Source of the DNA: Antedon mediterranea
Lineage: Eukaryota; Animalia; Echinodermata
Direction of reading: 5' to 3'
Assembly (NCBI RefSeq): GCF_964355755.1
Contig: NC_092677.1
Coordinates: 18,126,101 to 18,190,100 of the forward strand
DNA length: 64,000 nucleotides
The notes below the pieces were generated by a model that was not told where the DNA came from, made no database searches, and was given only the letters and a program-made list of their open reading frames with translations. Shown here one piece after another: positions 13,632 through 25,600 of the stretch. Position 1 is the stretch's first letter; every line of letters starts with the position of its first letter. The position numbers and the translations under genes are program-made.

Positions 13632-13960
13632 GAGGGTGAGTGAGTGGCCGAGCGGTTAAGACAGTGGAACCGTAATTACGTAGCCATAACATCGGCACGG
13701 GTTCGAGGCTCACTCACTCCATGGTTCTGGTGGTAGAACGAGTCTTCTCGGATAAGGACTATAAACTGTAGGTCCAGTGTACACATCTAGCTCGTGTGCA
13801 CTTTAAAGAACCTAGTACATCTTTTGAGACGAGTAGGGGGTTACCCCGGTGTATTAGTACGTCACAGCCACTGATCACCAAACTTGGCCCTCTGGGAGAC
13901 CAGTCTTTGACTGAAGAGGTTACCCAGTATAAATATATATTTCAATCAATCAATCAATCA
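13632..13960 (+). mobile_element. Full-length tRNA-derived SINE with a Deu/Nin-like central domain
   Basis: Box A TGGCCGAGCGG and box B GGTTCGAGGC. The central CTTCTCGGATAAGGACTATAAAC..AGGTCC..TTAAAGAACC..GAGTAGGGG..CCCCGGTGT resembles the Deu domain. It has a (CAAT)n tail and the TSD TAGCCTGT at 13624-13631 and 13964-13971. Confidence 0.8.
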
Positions 13961-13964
13961 ATGT

Positions 13965-14090
13965 AGCCTGTTTTCCTGTCGACGTTATTATTATATACTG
14001 CTATCGTTATCATTTCAACTTGATCGTTGTTAAACTGTTAACGATCAACAATAATAGCTTCGTCGAATAACGACAACAGGAAAACAGGCT
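13965..14090. mobile_element. Short palindromic MITE
   Basis: TIRs AGCCTGTTTTCCTGTCGACGTTATT / AATAACGACAACAGGAAAACAGGCT. Confidence 0.65.
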
Positions 14091-16689
14091 TTACCTGTCT
14101 GTAAGTATTGGTATGGTCTGACTTTGTAATTTGTTTCAACAATTGTTCAAATACAATTAACATTAACTTTAAATAATAATTAATGACATAATAATGCAAC
14201 TTGTAAGTGTATGTCCAACCAATCAATAAAAATTGACGTCAATGTTTAATTAGGCAATACATATCCATAGCCAGACCTAGAGAGTTAGCTTTAGTATTAG
14301 GGTGTACCTAGCCTATAGGCTTAGAATTCTGTAGTGTAGGCAGCAGAAAGGTTTGCCTGTCCCCCTATCATACTCTACTTTCTTTGCCAATATAGCTAAA
14401 AAGCCTAGCATTTTATAGGTAGGCTCAAGTGTACAAAAACAATATATATCAACAGCCAACTTACAAGCTAATCATTCAAAATAATGCAAAAACAAAATGA
14501 CGATCTAAATATTTACCAAAACACAAATTCAGCATGTCCTGATCTATCAAAACAAACCACACATTGTATGCCTACTATTGTATTTATACGTAGAAATATA
14601 GTAAAAGGAAAATTGAATGACGTTGTTTTAGTTAACAATTCAGTCGTGTCTATTATATGTAGGGGTGTTTCAATCATGACTCAACATCAATGTTTTGAAA
14701 CAGGGTTTATTTAAAGATATGTAATAGTAAATAAAATAATATAATATTTATAAACCAATTACAGATCACGTTAAAAACCTCATTTTAAGACAAAACTTTT
14801 AATGTATGACCAATTCATTTGTATAAATATATTTGTAATAATGGAATAATCGCAGTACACACCCTGTAAAATAGAGGTCGCTACACGCAAAAAAGGACTT
14901 TTAAATTAACCATTAGAATCATAGATAGTCAATAGAAAGTACTTTCTATTGACTATGATAGAATATAATTAATAGTCTTTGATTAACTTCAAAGTTGGAG
15001 TTGAAAATCCAACAGGTTCGGCTGGATAAAAAATCATAAAATGAATTACTTTTTCAAAGAACTAAGATTATCAAATTAACCTTGCTTCTCTCTAGGAGGA
15101 TCGGACACAATGCAAGGACCTTAATAGCACAATATCTGAATTGTTGCTTGTGGTTGGTCAATTCATTGGCGTTGTATGTATGTAACACCATTGAATTTTT
15201 TCCAAAGGGAACCCAAGTTTTTTAGGACAAATAAAATCTCAAACACAAAGTATACAATCACCTTTTATTGTTTCTAAATTAGAAAGAATATTACATCATA
15301 TTTAATAATAATTATACCAAACAATATTAAAGCATACACATATTTATGTATACAGCATTGTTATCAAATGTAAAAGTAGGACTTATAGTAGGACGAATAG
15401 TCTCTAGACAAGAAAAAAATTGATCCTTAAAAAAATACATTTTAGTTAATTTATTAAAATTTAATTTTAAAAAACATTAGTAAAAACATTATATTCAAAT
15501 TGGTATTAATTTGACATTGGTTTATTTCTGTTTAGTAATTTGTTTTTGGTCTACAGTGCAGCATTTATTAATCCAATTCGTTAACATTGATTGCTTGAAA
15601 ATTTATAACTACCACAATGTTTAATAATATTATATACCTATTTGGTTATCTTGGAATTAGTAAAATAAAAATCACCATTTACAATAATATATTCTTTATT
15701 TTATTAAATAGATTCTATCAAAGCCTTGTATCTCCATTTTTTTCTCTTCTCTTTTGTTAGGCTTTTTCTGTGCAAATAAGGGCAAGGCTTCAGAAAGAAG
15801 AAATTATTTTTTTTGGAACATGTATGTTTTAATGGTTCTTCAAGGTATTAATGGTATAATACAATTATGTCTTGATACTAAAATCTGAATGAATTTTAAA
15901 ATGTGAAATAATTTAAAATACTTTGAATTAAATATTTATTCCTTATTATTTTTTAAATGTTTGACTAGAATCTGTGGCATTTTTTCAATTTATTACCGCA
16001 TTACAAGCACAAATACAAAAAAAAAATGTCCTGTGTACTTATGCTATGGTATAAAAACTTGCACTTTGGAACTTCCTCACATCCTTTGTATTGTAATATT
16101 CATAATCTATAAAGATCGATAAATAATGAAAAATCACATGTGGAAATCCACTTGTGCAGACATTAGTGGACTATTAGAATACACAGTGAAACCTGTTTGT
16201 CACCATACCAGATTAACAAAATCACTTTAAACCTATCCATAATTTATTTGCAGAAAGTGCTCATTGTTTTGATCAGCATACTAAGTGAATCAGTTCATTT
16301 ATTGTTTTAGAAAATTGCGTTTATACATTGTACAGACGTCATCTAATTACTGTCAATTTCTGGAATATATATCAATAAAACCGTTTTCTTTGTGTTCATT
16401 TCTATATAGTTTTTCCCTAATAATCTTCCCTAATGATTTTCTAAAATCACGCTTTTAGTTAAATCAATAATATACCATTATATATTTAGTGCTCATACAG
16501 TAAATGATTCTGTGTCTGGGTCTGTTTTAACTTTTGCTCTTAACATACTTCAATAACATCACTTCAGAGTACAGACCTAATCAATACTTTTTAATTATAA
16601 TCAATATTCACCACTGTCTAAATTAGATAAACTGGAATATGCTAAACCACTAACCCACGTTTGCAAGATTATTACTTTATTCTTGTGAT

Positions 16690-19600
16690 TTAAAAATCAA
16701 AAACAGCATCGATACTCTGATAACCTGCATAAAATTTGCCCAGTAATTCAGGTGACATAGATGTTGCGTTCACAGCCTTAACTGTGTACATGCTATCTAT
16801 CCATTTCTTCAATGTAGTACATTTCTCAAGCACTGCTTTGAACACGGGAAAGCTACCCAAACCATGGCACCAAGGCCATATCATCAAGTCTACCATACCA
16901 ACTTCGGTTCCTAAAAAATATAAAAAGAAAAGTAAGTATTGAAAATCATACTACAACTTTCTTACTCACAAAAAGTAAAAAGCTTTCAGACAGTTCATAG
17001 TATAGTAACTATACAATCAAGGTCCAAAAACAAATTTGGAATACCACAGTTTTTGGAATATCACAGTTTTTGGAATACCACAGGTTTTGGAATACCACAG
17101 TTTTTGGAATACCAGGCAAACCAGAATAACAGTATACAATAGTGAATGTTTACGAGTGTGATGGTACAAATAACTACTTTTAACAAGTGGCTAGGTCAAA
17201 GGAGCAAGGCCAAAGCAGCTAGGCCAAGGCCTAAACTATTCAAAAACGGCAGCGCTCCAATTTTTGACATGGAGTAGAACAATTATGGACGGTACACAAC
17301 AGGTTGATCTTCGAACGCTGTCGGTCAACAGCCTATCATGGAGACAAGCATGATTGATGCTCATTGTAACAAGAATGAATTTTATTTATTTTATTTTATT
17401 CAGTTGACAATCAACAGCGATGAAACCGCCACTAACAGGTTGAATCTAAACATAATAAACTATAAGAATACATTCAAATAACCATAACAAAATCTAGTAA
17501 CTATAATACTGTAAATGAAATTTAATGGCAATATACAGAAATTGCATGATTCATGACGCACAAGTTGAATATCATGTGACAGTCATCTTTGCCAGTGTTT
17601 GATTTCATAAGCCGATCACTTTTTTCCCAAATTTCAATGACCCAACAGCGGCATGAGGTTACTGATTTCATTGGCCATCCAAGTCACTCTGCTTATAGCC
17701 ATTGTTTAATATTCTTCTGACCAATTGAATACGTAGACAGCAGGTTTTTTTATTTTTTCTTTGATCACCATTCATATTAATTACAAATATATCAGTACAG
17801 TAACAAATCTGGAAAGGTCAACATTATTCAAGCTTCACTAGAGTTAGCTCCATGGCATTAATAGGGACTTTACGAAACAAGACGGGAAGCCACAGGACGG
17901 TGCTCATGAATAATTTATGCATGAGCTTTAACAAAGTGTGCGGAGGTTAGCATGAAATTTTGTTGACTTAACTTTTTGAGAAAGTTACCATTTTCTCGTT
18001 TACGGAGAACAACTAGAAATAATGTATTTATAACCTTAAATATACAGTTAAAATTAAACTTAAACATGGAATTATTTTCTAAATAATATTTGAACTATTT
18101 TAATTTTTTAATGAAATAACATTTTTATTGGGTTAAAATGGCGTTTGAATGCGAGGCCCCTAGCTAGGAAGGCTAGACCTATGCTGTATCGCCAGAGCCA
18201 AGCGATTCCAAAGGGCCCCACGCCGCAAGACAGAAAAAGGAGAGAGATACTGTTGGTCATCGTCTTCGCGCGGGTGCGTAACTAATAAAGCAGCTGTGTT
18301 GATTGTATATAATTTTACGCTATAGCGAACACGTTGTCCTCCCCTAACTGTTGTGTTTTGTAAAGTCCCTATTAGCTAATGAGGTCAGCAGGTTTTGTAC
18401 ACGTCAAGGATGAGACATACAGTAGTTTAATAGTGGCATTAACATGTATGCTACAAACAACACACATAGGCATGATGGTGACAAGTTACATAGTAAATTT
18501 AAAACAATGCAGACTTCATTACAATTTTTAGGCACTCCATATTCCAATATCTTGAAATAAGTATATCATTAACCGCTGTAGTAAACGACGGGTACATTGT
18601 TTTCAAATTATTTCATCACATTTTAGAAGTAGAAATTGATTGTAAGTAAAAGAAGTAAGCCGAACTGTGTAATAAAATGTCTACTTTCTGTATTTAATAG
18701 ACAGAAGCCATGAAATTAGTAGTACAGTAGTTCATTACATTTGGTACAATGCCAAAGATTGACATTCGCAATTATTATCAGGAACCTAATATTTAGATGA
18801 CGATCAAAAACAAAATATGGAGATACTGTACTTATTAAATAAATTATACTCTCGGATTTGTGAGTGGTGGAGTTCTAAATTTGTCCCTGGTTTTTTTTTT
18901 TGTCCAAGCAAAAGACTGCCTGGGATAAGTTCAGTAGATATTTCACCCTATCATGTACACAATGAAACTACTGTATTTTGTAATTGATAGTGTCTGCTTA
19001 CATAGATGTATCATAATTTCACTTTGAGAATATAGTCGATGTTTCTGGGTTATTAGATAAATTGAGTACAAGTCATAGTTATAATACTGATCTTTGCTTA
19101 GCATAACATTTAAATTAATTTCCAATCACTGTTTTTCATAACAAAATCATTCAATAGCCCTTTCCGTTCATTTATTAATCAAAGTTTTGAGAACATTTTC
19201 AATTTAGATGCCTCTTCTTCAGTATAGTCATACACAGGTTTGCGTTTTAAAAGATTGTACAGAAAATAATGATGCATGGCTGGACTTTCTACGGTAACAG
19301 CAACCTCTGGTACTTTACGCATTTCTTTTTCATATCTGGAAATGTTCGGTAGGGCAACAGCCAGCAAGTGATACATAGCACTTATGGATAGTCGCTCAAG
19401 CCAAGGCCAGATCATGAAATCCACCATACCAGGTTTTTTACCTAAGAAGTTACAGAAACTTTGTCTTAAAATGTTGCTCAATTAAATGTGTTTTTTTTTA
19501 AATATTATTTTAACAGATGTATCCAAATAATTATTTAAAGAAAGAAAAATGTGATTGATTTAGTTGAATTAGGACTCTTATTTTTAAAATGCATGCAGTT

Positions 19601-22600
19601 TAAAGCTCATGTCTACACTATCAAATTTTATGCGACAAAAACAATTTTTTCATGATATTTCAAGTGATCTCCTGTCTCCTGCTAAATGTGAACATTTTTA
19701 AAGGTTGTTTTGGATGGAAAAAAAAATCATGAAAGTGCATAAATAAATTGTAAACTAAACAACAAGTCAACAATTTGGTAAAGGAGAAAAAATACATTTC
19801 TAGAAGCTATTTTTCACAATGCAAATTTGTAAATTTGCATTCACGCTTGGAAAGTGCCTGGGATACTTTGTTTTCCCTGATGCCCAAGAGCACCCTCTAT
19901 GTTTGGATATATTTAAAAGATTATATCACCATCTACGGTTTGGTCATGGTGATATTTAATTTTTCCAAGTTGGACCTCTGACCTAATCAATGAATATATT
20001 ACTACACACAATTTGAATGTAAATTATTATAATTGACAAACCAATTGGATAATAATTTATTAGCTTATTTATATTTTAACCACATTTATAGCAATTAAGT
20101 CATATATTAGTAGGTCACATCTTTAAAGAAAGACATAAAGAATTATTTTTATTTATTTTATTACACATCATCTTGAAGAGCTCCAAGTTGGCAGAGAATG
20201 CGATCGCTTGATTGAGAATTTAGTGTTGTTAAATTTAATATCATTTCACAAAACAGAAGTCTGCCAAAAGAGGATATTATTTGAGTTGCATATAGGAAAA
20301 TAAGACAAATGCTTATGACATGCTTAATAAACTCCCTAAAGCAGTACATTTATCACACCTGAATGTATGATTAATTTTGTATCAATTGTCATGAATTATT
20401 TTTCCACATTGAATGATTAAAGGTACTATTGTTGTACATTATATTATATTATATATTATATATTATTATTATATCATTATAGCCTGAATGGCAAACCCAC
20501 CTGTAGAGTGCGCTGTTCTTATTTTAGAAAATTGTATCTGTACTTTGTTTTGTAAAATTTATTATTGATTGATTGATTAATAACTGCTGTGGTCTGCGGC
20601 CATAATCTGATCACTAGATTTTTTAATAGCCTTTTGACATTTCATTTAAAAAAAGTTGGAAAGTTGTGAATTAAATTACTCTAGGACACTGGGTGTGTTA
20701 TATAAAGAATGTTTTGTATTCATTGAATAGGAAGATATTACCAATAACTGAAAGCCTATTTATTCCATTCAATGAGGTGAATAGAAAAGTTATTCTTTAA
20801 CTCATAAACATCAAAATATATTCTAGGATTGCTTTTGCTCACCTCCAAGGAATGGTTTAGCACGTTTGGACATGATCTTTTCCAGTACGGACAACTTCTC
20901 AATCAGTTCTTGCACTGCTGCATCTCTGCCTTCTGGAGGAGACCTCAAAGTCTTATAGTAAGCAGGAACAATCTAAAAACACATTACAATGACTGGATTT
21001 ATTGTCTAAATCTCAGGAAGCCTAAAGATGTGACCTGAATGTATGATGGTATGATTGTACGGCTTTACCACGTTGAAACACCGGTTCTCGACAGATCACC
21101 GAAATAAAGCAACGTTGGGCCTAGTTAGAGCTTAAATGGGAGACCATCTGGAAATAGCGGGTGCTGTATACGAAAACTAGAAAACATTGTTTGTGTAAAT
21201 CTAATGTTTTCACAGAGAAAAATCGTGCTACCCTTTGCACTAAAAGGAGATTTTCATAGCTTTTTGTTCATTGTGTGTCCTCTGTGCTTATCAATATGCA
21301 TGATGGCTTTAATTTTGAATTTGAATTTCTTTATTTAGTAATCAAGGTTAAAAAACAATAAAAACAATGCAAAAAAAGTAGAAAAAACAATTGCACAGAA
21401 ACACAGGCCTTGATTACAAGGAATGCCAAGAAAAGTTAAAAACTTATTTCCACTTGGGTCCTAAAAACAAGGAACTGATAAAGAACAAATCATAACTCAT
21501 TTCCTAAGCTCTGATTGGCTGCACAATTGTTTGATTCAAAAAAACAAAAAACTAAAGGTAATTTGACCAATCACAAGCAATGGACTACGTCCCTTGTCAT
21601 TGGTCAAGTCCCTTGCATTGTTGCATTCTTGTGTTTCTAGTGGGAACCAAGCTTAAACCCTTCGAAGTCCTACCATATTTATAAATATATTCTGAATTTG
21701 GTTAAAAAATGTTAAATTTATCAACCAGCCTTGAGATCTGACCAAATTCAATGTTTGACTCAATTAATGTTTGAAAGGTATTTCATGTTTTTTTTTATTT
21801 GTTTATTTTGGTCCTTGGAATTTTGGCCCATTCAATCATGTTTTAAAGAACAAATACATACCAATGGTGGTAATGGTACATTATTATGCTTATATATCAA
21901 AACTCAATTGTTTTTGGGGCCTATAAAGGCAACCTGGGCTGAAATGTACTGTTCTGAGTCATAATGTTCCTCTTTTAAATATATTATATATTTTATATTA
22001 CAAAAACCTGCAATTGTACAGTAATTTCAAGTCAAGAAATATGCAGTAAACTGGATTGTCAAGATGACAAGAACTTTTATTTGTTATGCCATGGCCATGT
22101 TTTGATGAATGTTATTTATGCAATGTCTCATTGAATTTTATTTATGTACAATTGAGTCGAGACTTATATTGTGAGGGTTTAATAAATAAACTTAGTATAG
22201 ATTGAAATTGTATGTGTAAATTGTTTGTTTTATTGTCCAACTTGCACTGATCCAGATAGACAAAGCTCGCACTAGACTTTTGTGACAATATCGTTCTAAT
22301 AGTAGGATTTTATTGATGGAAAAACTCAACTATCATATAATTTTAATTAGTATTTATAGACTGGTAATACTTGGGCTTGATAGAGCAAGGCAGGGCTTAA
22401 TAGAGCATAGTAGGGTGTGATATTTAAAGGATCAGTACATTATAAATTATGGAAGTCTGTCATATCCTACTTTACCAGCTTACCTTACTTCCAAACTGAT
22501 TTACGATTAGATCATCTTGAGCACGTTGGTAGGAGTCTGATGATTTCAGTTTACGGCCAGGATAAGCATCATCCAGGTAATCTGCTACAATCAACGACTC

Positions 22601-25600
22601 ATACAAGACCTTCTCATCATGTTCTAGGGCTGGTACTTGTCCATTTGGATTTCTCTCCAACAACCATTCTGGCTTCTTTTTTAGGTTACAATTGATGACC
22701 TCATAGCTATGAAAATATATCATGTCTTTTTTTTTTAAATATAGTTAAAATTAAGTTAATAGAAACAAAAAATAAATAATATACACTTCAATGTTTTCTT
22801 ATTATATCATTTTAACTATTCGTAGTGGAGCTGTAGCTTGGTAGTGAATGTTCTTGCCTTCCAATCCCAAGGTCCGAGGTTCAATCTTGACCTAGTGCTA
22901 GGGTTGTGAAGTGCAATTTTGGATTACTAGTAAAAGCTATCGTAAGCCACAAGCCACATCTCTATGAATCGTGTCGCATGTATCATGCCCATCATGTATC
23001 ATGCCCATCATGTATCATGCCCATCATGTATCATGCCCATCATGTATCATGCCCATCATGTATCATGCTCATCATGTATCATGCCCATCATGTATCATGC
23101 CCATCATGTATCATGCCCATCATGTATCATGCCCATCATGTATCATGCCCATCATGTATCATGCCCATCATGTATCATGCCCATCATGTACAAACAGTTA
23201 TACTGTAGTTATAGTTAAAGAGTAAAGAATACAATTGTTTGTTTATCAAATGTGTTATTATTGATTTCAGATGGTGGCGCTTTTGTTATTGTTGAAGGTG
23301 GGTTTTACTCAACATTTATACTGTAGGCTGACTTGCTAAATCAAGCCATGACTTACTCTAAACCTTTGGCTTCAGCAACAAGTCTGGCCCTCTGAGCAAA
23401 TGGACAGAACTGCATGCTGTAGAGTCTAAGCTTGCCAGGCACGGTTGGTGGCATTGCTTCACCTATAGGAAATTCAAAATAGAAATCATGTTCTACAAAT
23501 AAAGTATGCTTCAACAATATCTATTGCATAGCTGACAGCTACGAATATCAAATGCAGGCATGATGTTTGCTTCTTTGCAGCGAAAAAAAGCCTACATTAC
23601 TCCAACCAGTCCATGCTATGCGTTTACTTTGGCCTAGACAACCATATCAAACAAATAATCTCATCTCAGTCCCCGTTAACCCCATACAAGTTAAATTGGG
23701 GCATGATTAGAATATAGCTCTTAGTGATCTGGAGGCACACTATATCCACCAACTCCAAATGTTAAATTGATTGTTTTAAAAATGTTTTTGTTTTTGTGAT
23801 AAAATTACTGTAATTGTAGAGTACCATTGAGCCCTCAAGTACTGTACTTAGTAGTATGAATAGAATGCCCATCTGCTGGGTAAGATCCTAATAAGAAAGA
23901 CCTACATTTTTTAATAAAAATAAATATGGTTTAATGTAGAAGGTATGGACATGATTATGACAAAATGTAATTATGCAAATGCAGTTCTATTGTGTTGCTA
24001 TCCTAGATAAACAATAATAATCTATTTTATAATTAGACAGTAACACGATCTGCCTAAATAATCCTGTCTGTGCAAAAAAAATGTGCTGCGTAATGTCATG
24101 AAACAATTTCATCATAAATTACTTGTTTGACATTTTGATTAGAATCTATTATCATGCCGGCCATGTTCAAACTTTTAATGTTTTAAGCTAACTTATCAAG
24201 CTTACAAATTAATTAGCAACTGAAAAAAAACCCTCTAAAACCGACTGATACTTTATTCAAATAATGTGTCACACTCTGACTGCAAACAATATGCTCAACA
24301 TCTGTGTCATTCTCCCCACAAATCTCTATAAAAACAACAGATACAGTACTTGATCTGGATATCAGACAGGAGAAACATTGCTTACTGTTCATAGTGTTAT
24401 AGAAAGAGACCCAACATAAGTAAGTACTGGTATTTCAATTTTTGAATAAACTGGTTAGATAGTCTGGTTTGGAAAAGGCCAGGTTTAAAATATGCTTGAT
24501 TTGAAATAGTGAATAAATTTACCCTGTTTAAAGGCTATATTTAGAATTATTAATTAGGTGTATAGAGAGAGTTTTTACTGTAAAGGTAATTGTTAATAAT
24601 AATGTATATTTCGAAAAATAAAAAAAATAATTCTTTCTTAATATCTTTTATGTACAGTTATTTTCTGGCACTTTTTTTTTGTATTGATATGAATTGCAAA
24701 TATCCAATCTTTATTTGTTATGATTGCAATAGAGAATATTTTGATTGATTAATGCTAAAAAAGGTGATGGAATGTATTTCCACCTTTAGTACTACTATTA
24801 GGAAATATAACAAAATACACTGTAATTCGGCATAACATGCCACACAGGGAAAACACCTGGTTCAACAAGTCTACGCCGATTGCAGAGATTTAAATCAAGT
24901 AGAGTTGTCTAAATTACATTTTAGAAGTTTGGATCTTTGCTTTATAACATAATTACATTGTTTACCATTGATTTGTTATAGGGCCTAAACTCAAAATGAA
25001 GATTTTTATGTTTGCACTGTCAGTAGCTACAGTACTGGTTGCTACAGAGTCATATTCAACAGGCCTATGCCCTTCATTTTGGGTCCCTTTTCAAGACAGT
25101 TGCTACCGTATCTTTGGGACAAAATTATCATGGCCTGAAGCAGAGAAGAGCTGTACCAGGCATTTCAACGGGTGAGTATGGCCATCATTTATTTTGAATG
25201 CAATAACAGGAACATGGATGTTGAGAAGTGTTTGCTGAAAAATACTGTCTGTCCTTGCCTAATTTTGTTACTTAACAATTTTTTTTCGTTTAAAAGGGCT
25301 GCAATGGGACATTTGGTGTCTATCCGGACTGATGATGAAAATCAGTTTATTGCCCTACTTTGGAATTCTGCTACAGGTGGTATGGCAGCTACTTCGGATT
25401 ACACCTTCTGGGTTGGTTTAACTGAACCTACTGAAGGCAGTTGGAGATGGAGTGACAACAACCAGCTTGTGACTTATACAAACTGGCATACAAACCAACC
25501 AGACAATTACAAAAATAATGAACAATGCGGTCATCTATGGAACCGGCATAGTTCAAAAGCGACCTGGAACGATTTAATATGTTCCTCTCAACTATTTTAT

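Noticed and set aside
22906-23225. Cys/His/Met-rich ORFs resembling a metal-binding protein
   Set aside because: They are three-frame translations of a 16-bp intronic minisatellite that happens to lack stop codons.
24116-24164. Alternative first coding exon of GSTO ([14 protein letters not shown]|GTAATT)
   Set aside because: The donor is phase 0, whereas exon 2 needs phase 1. The 27510-27480 exon fits both the phase and GSTO homology.
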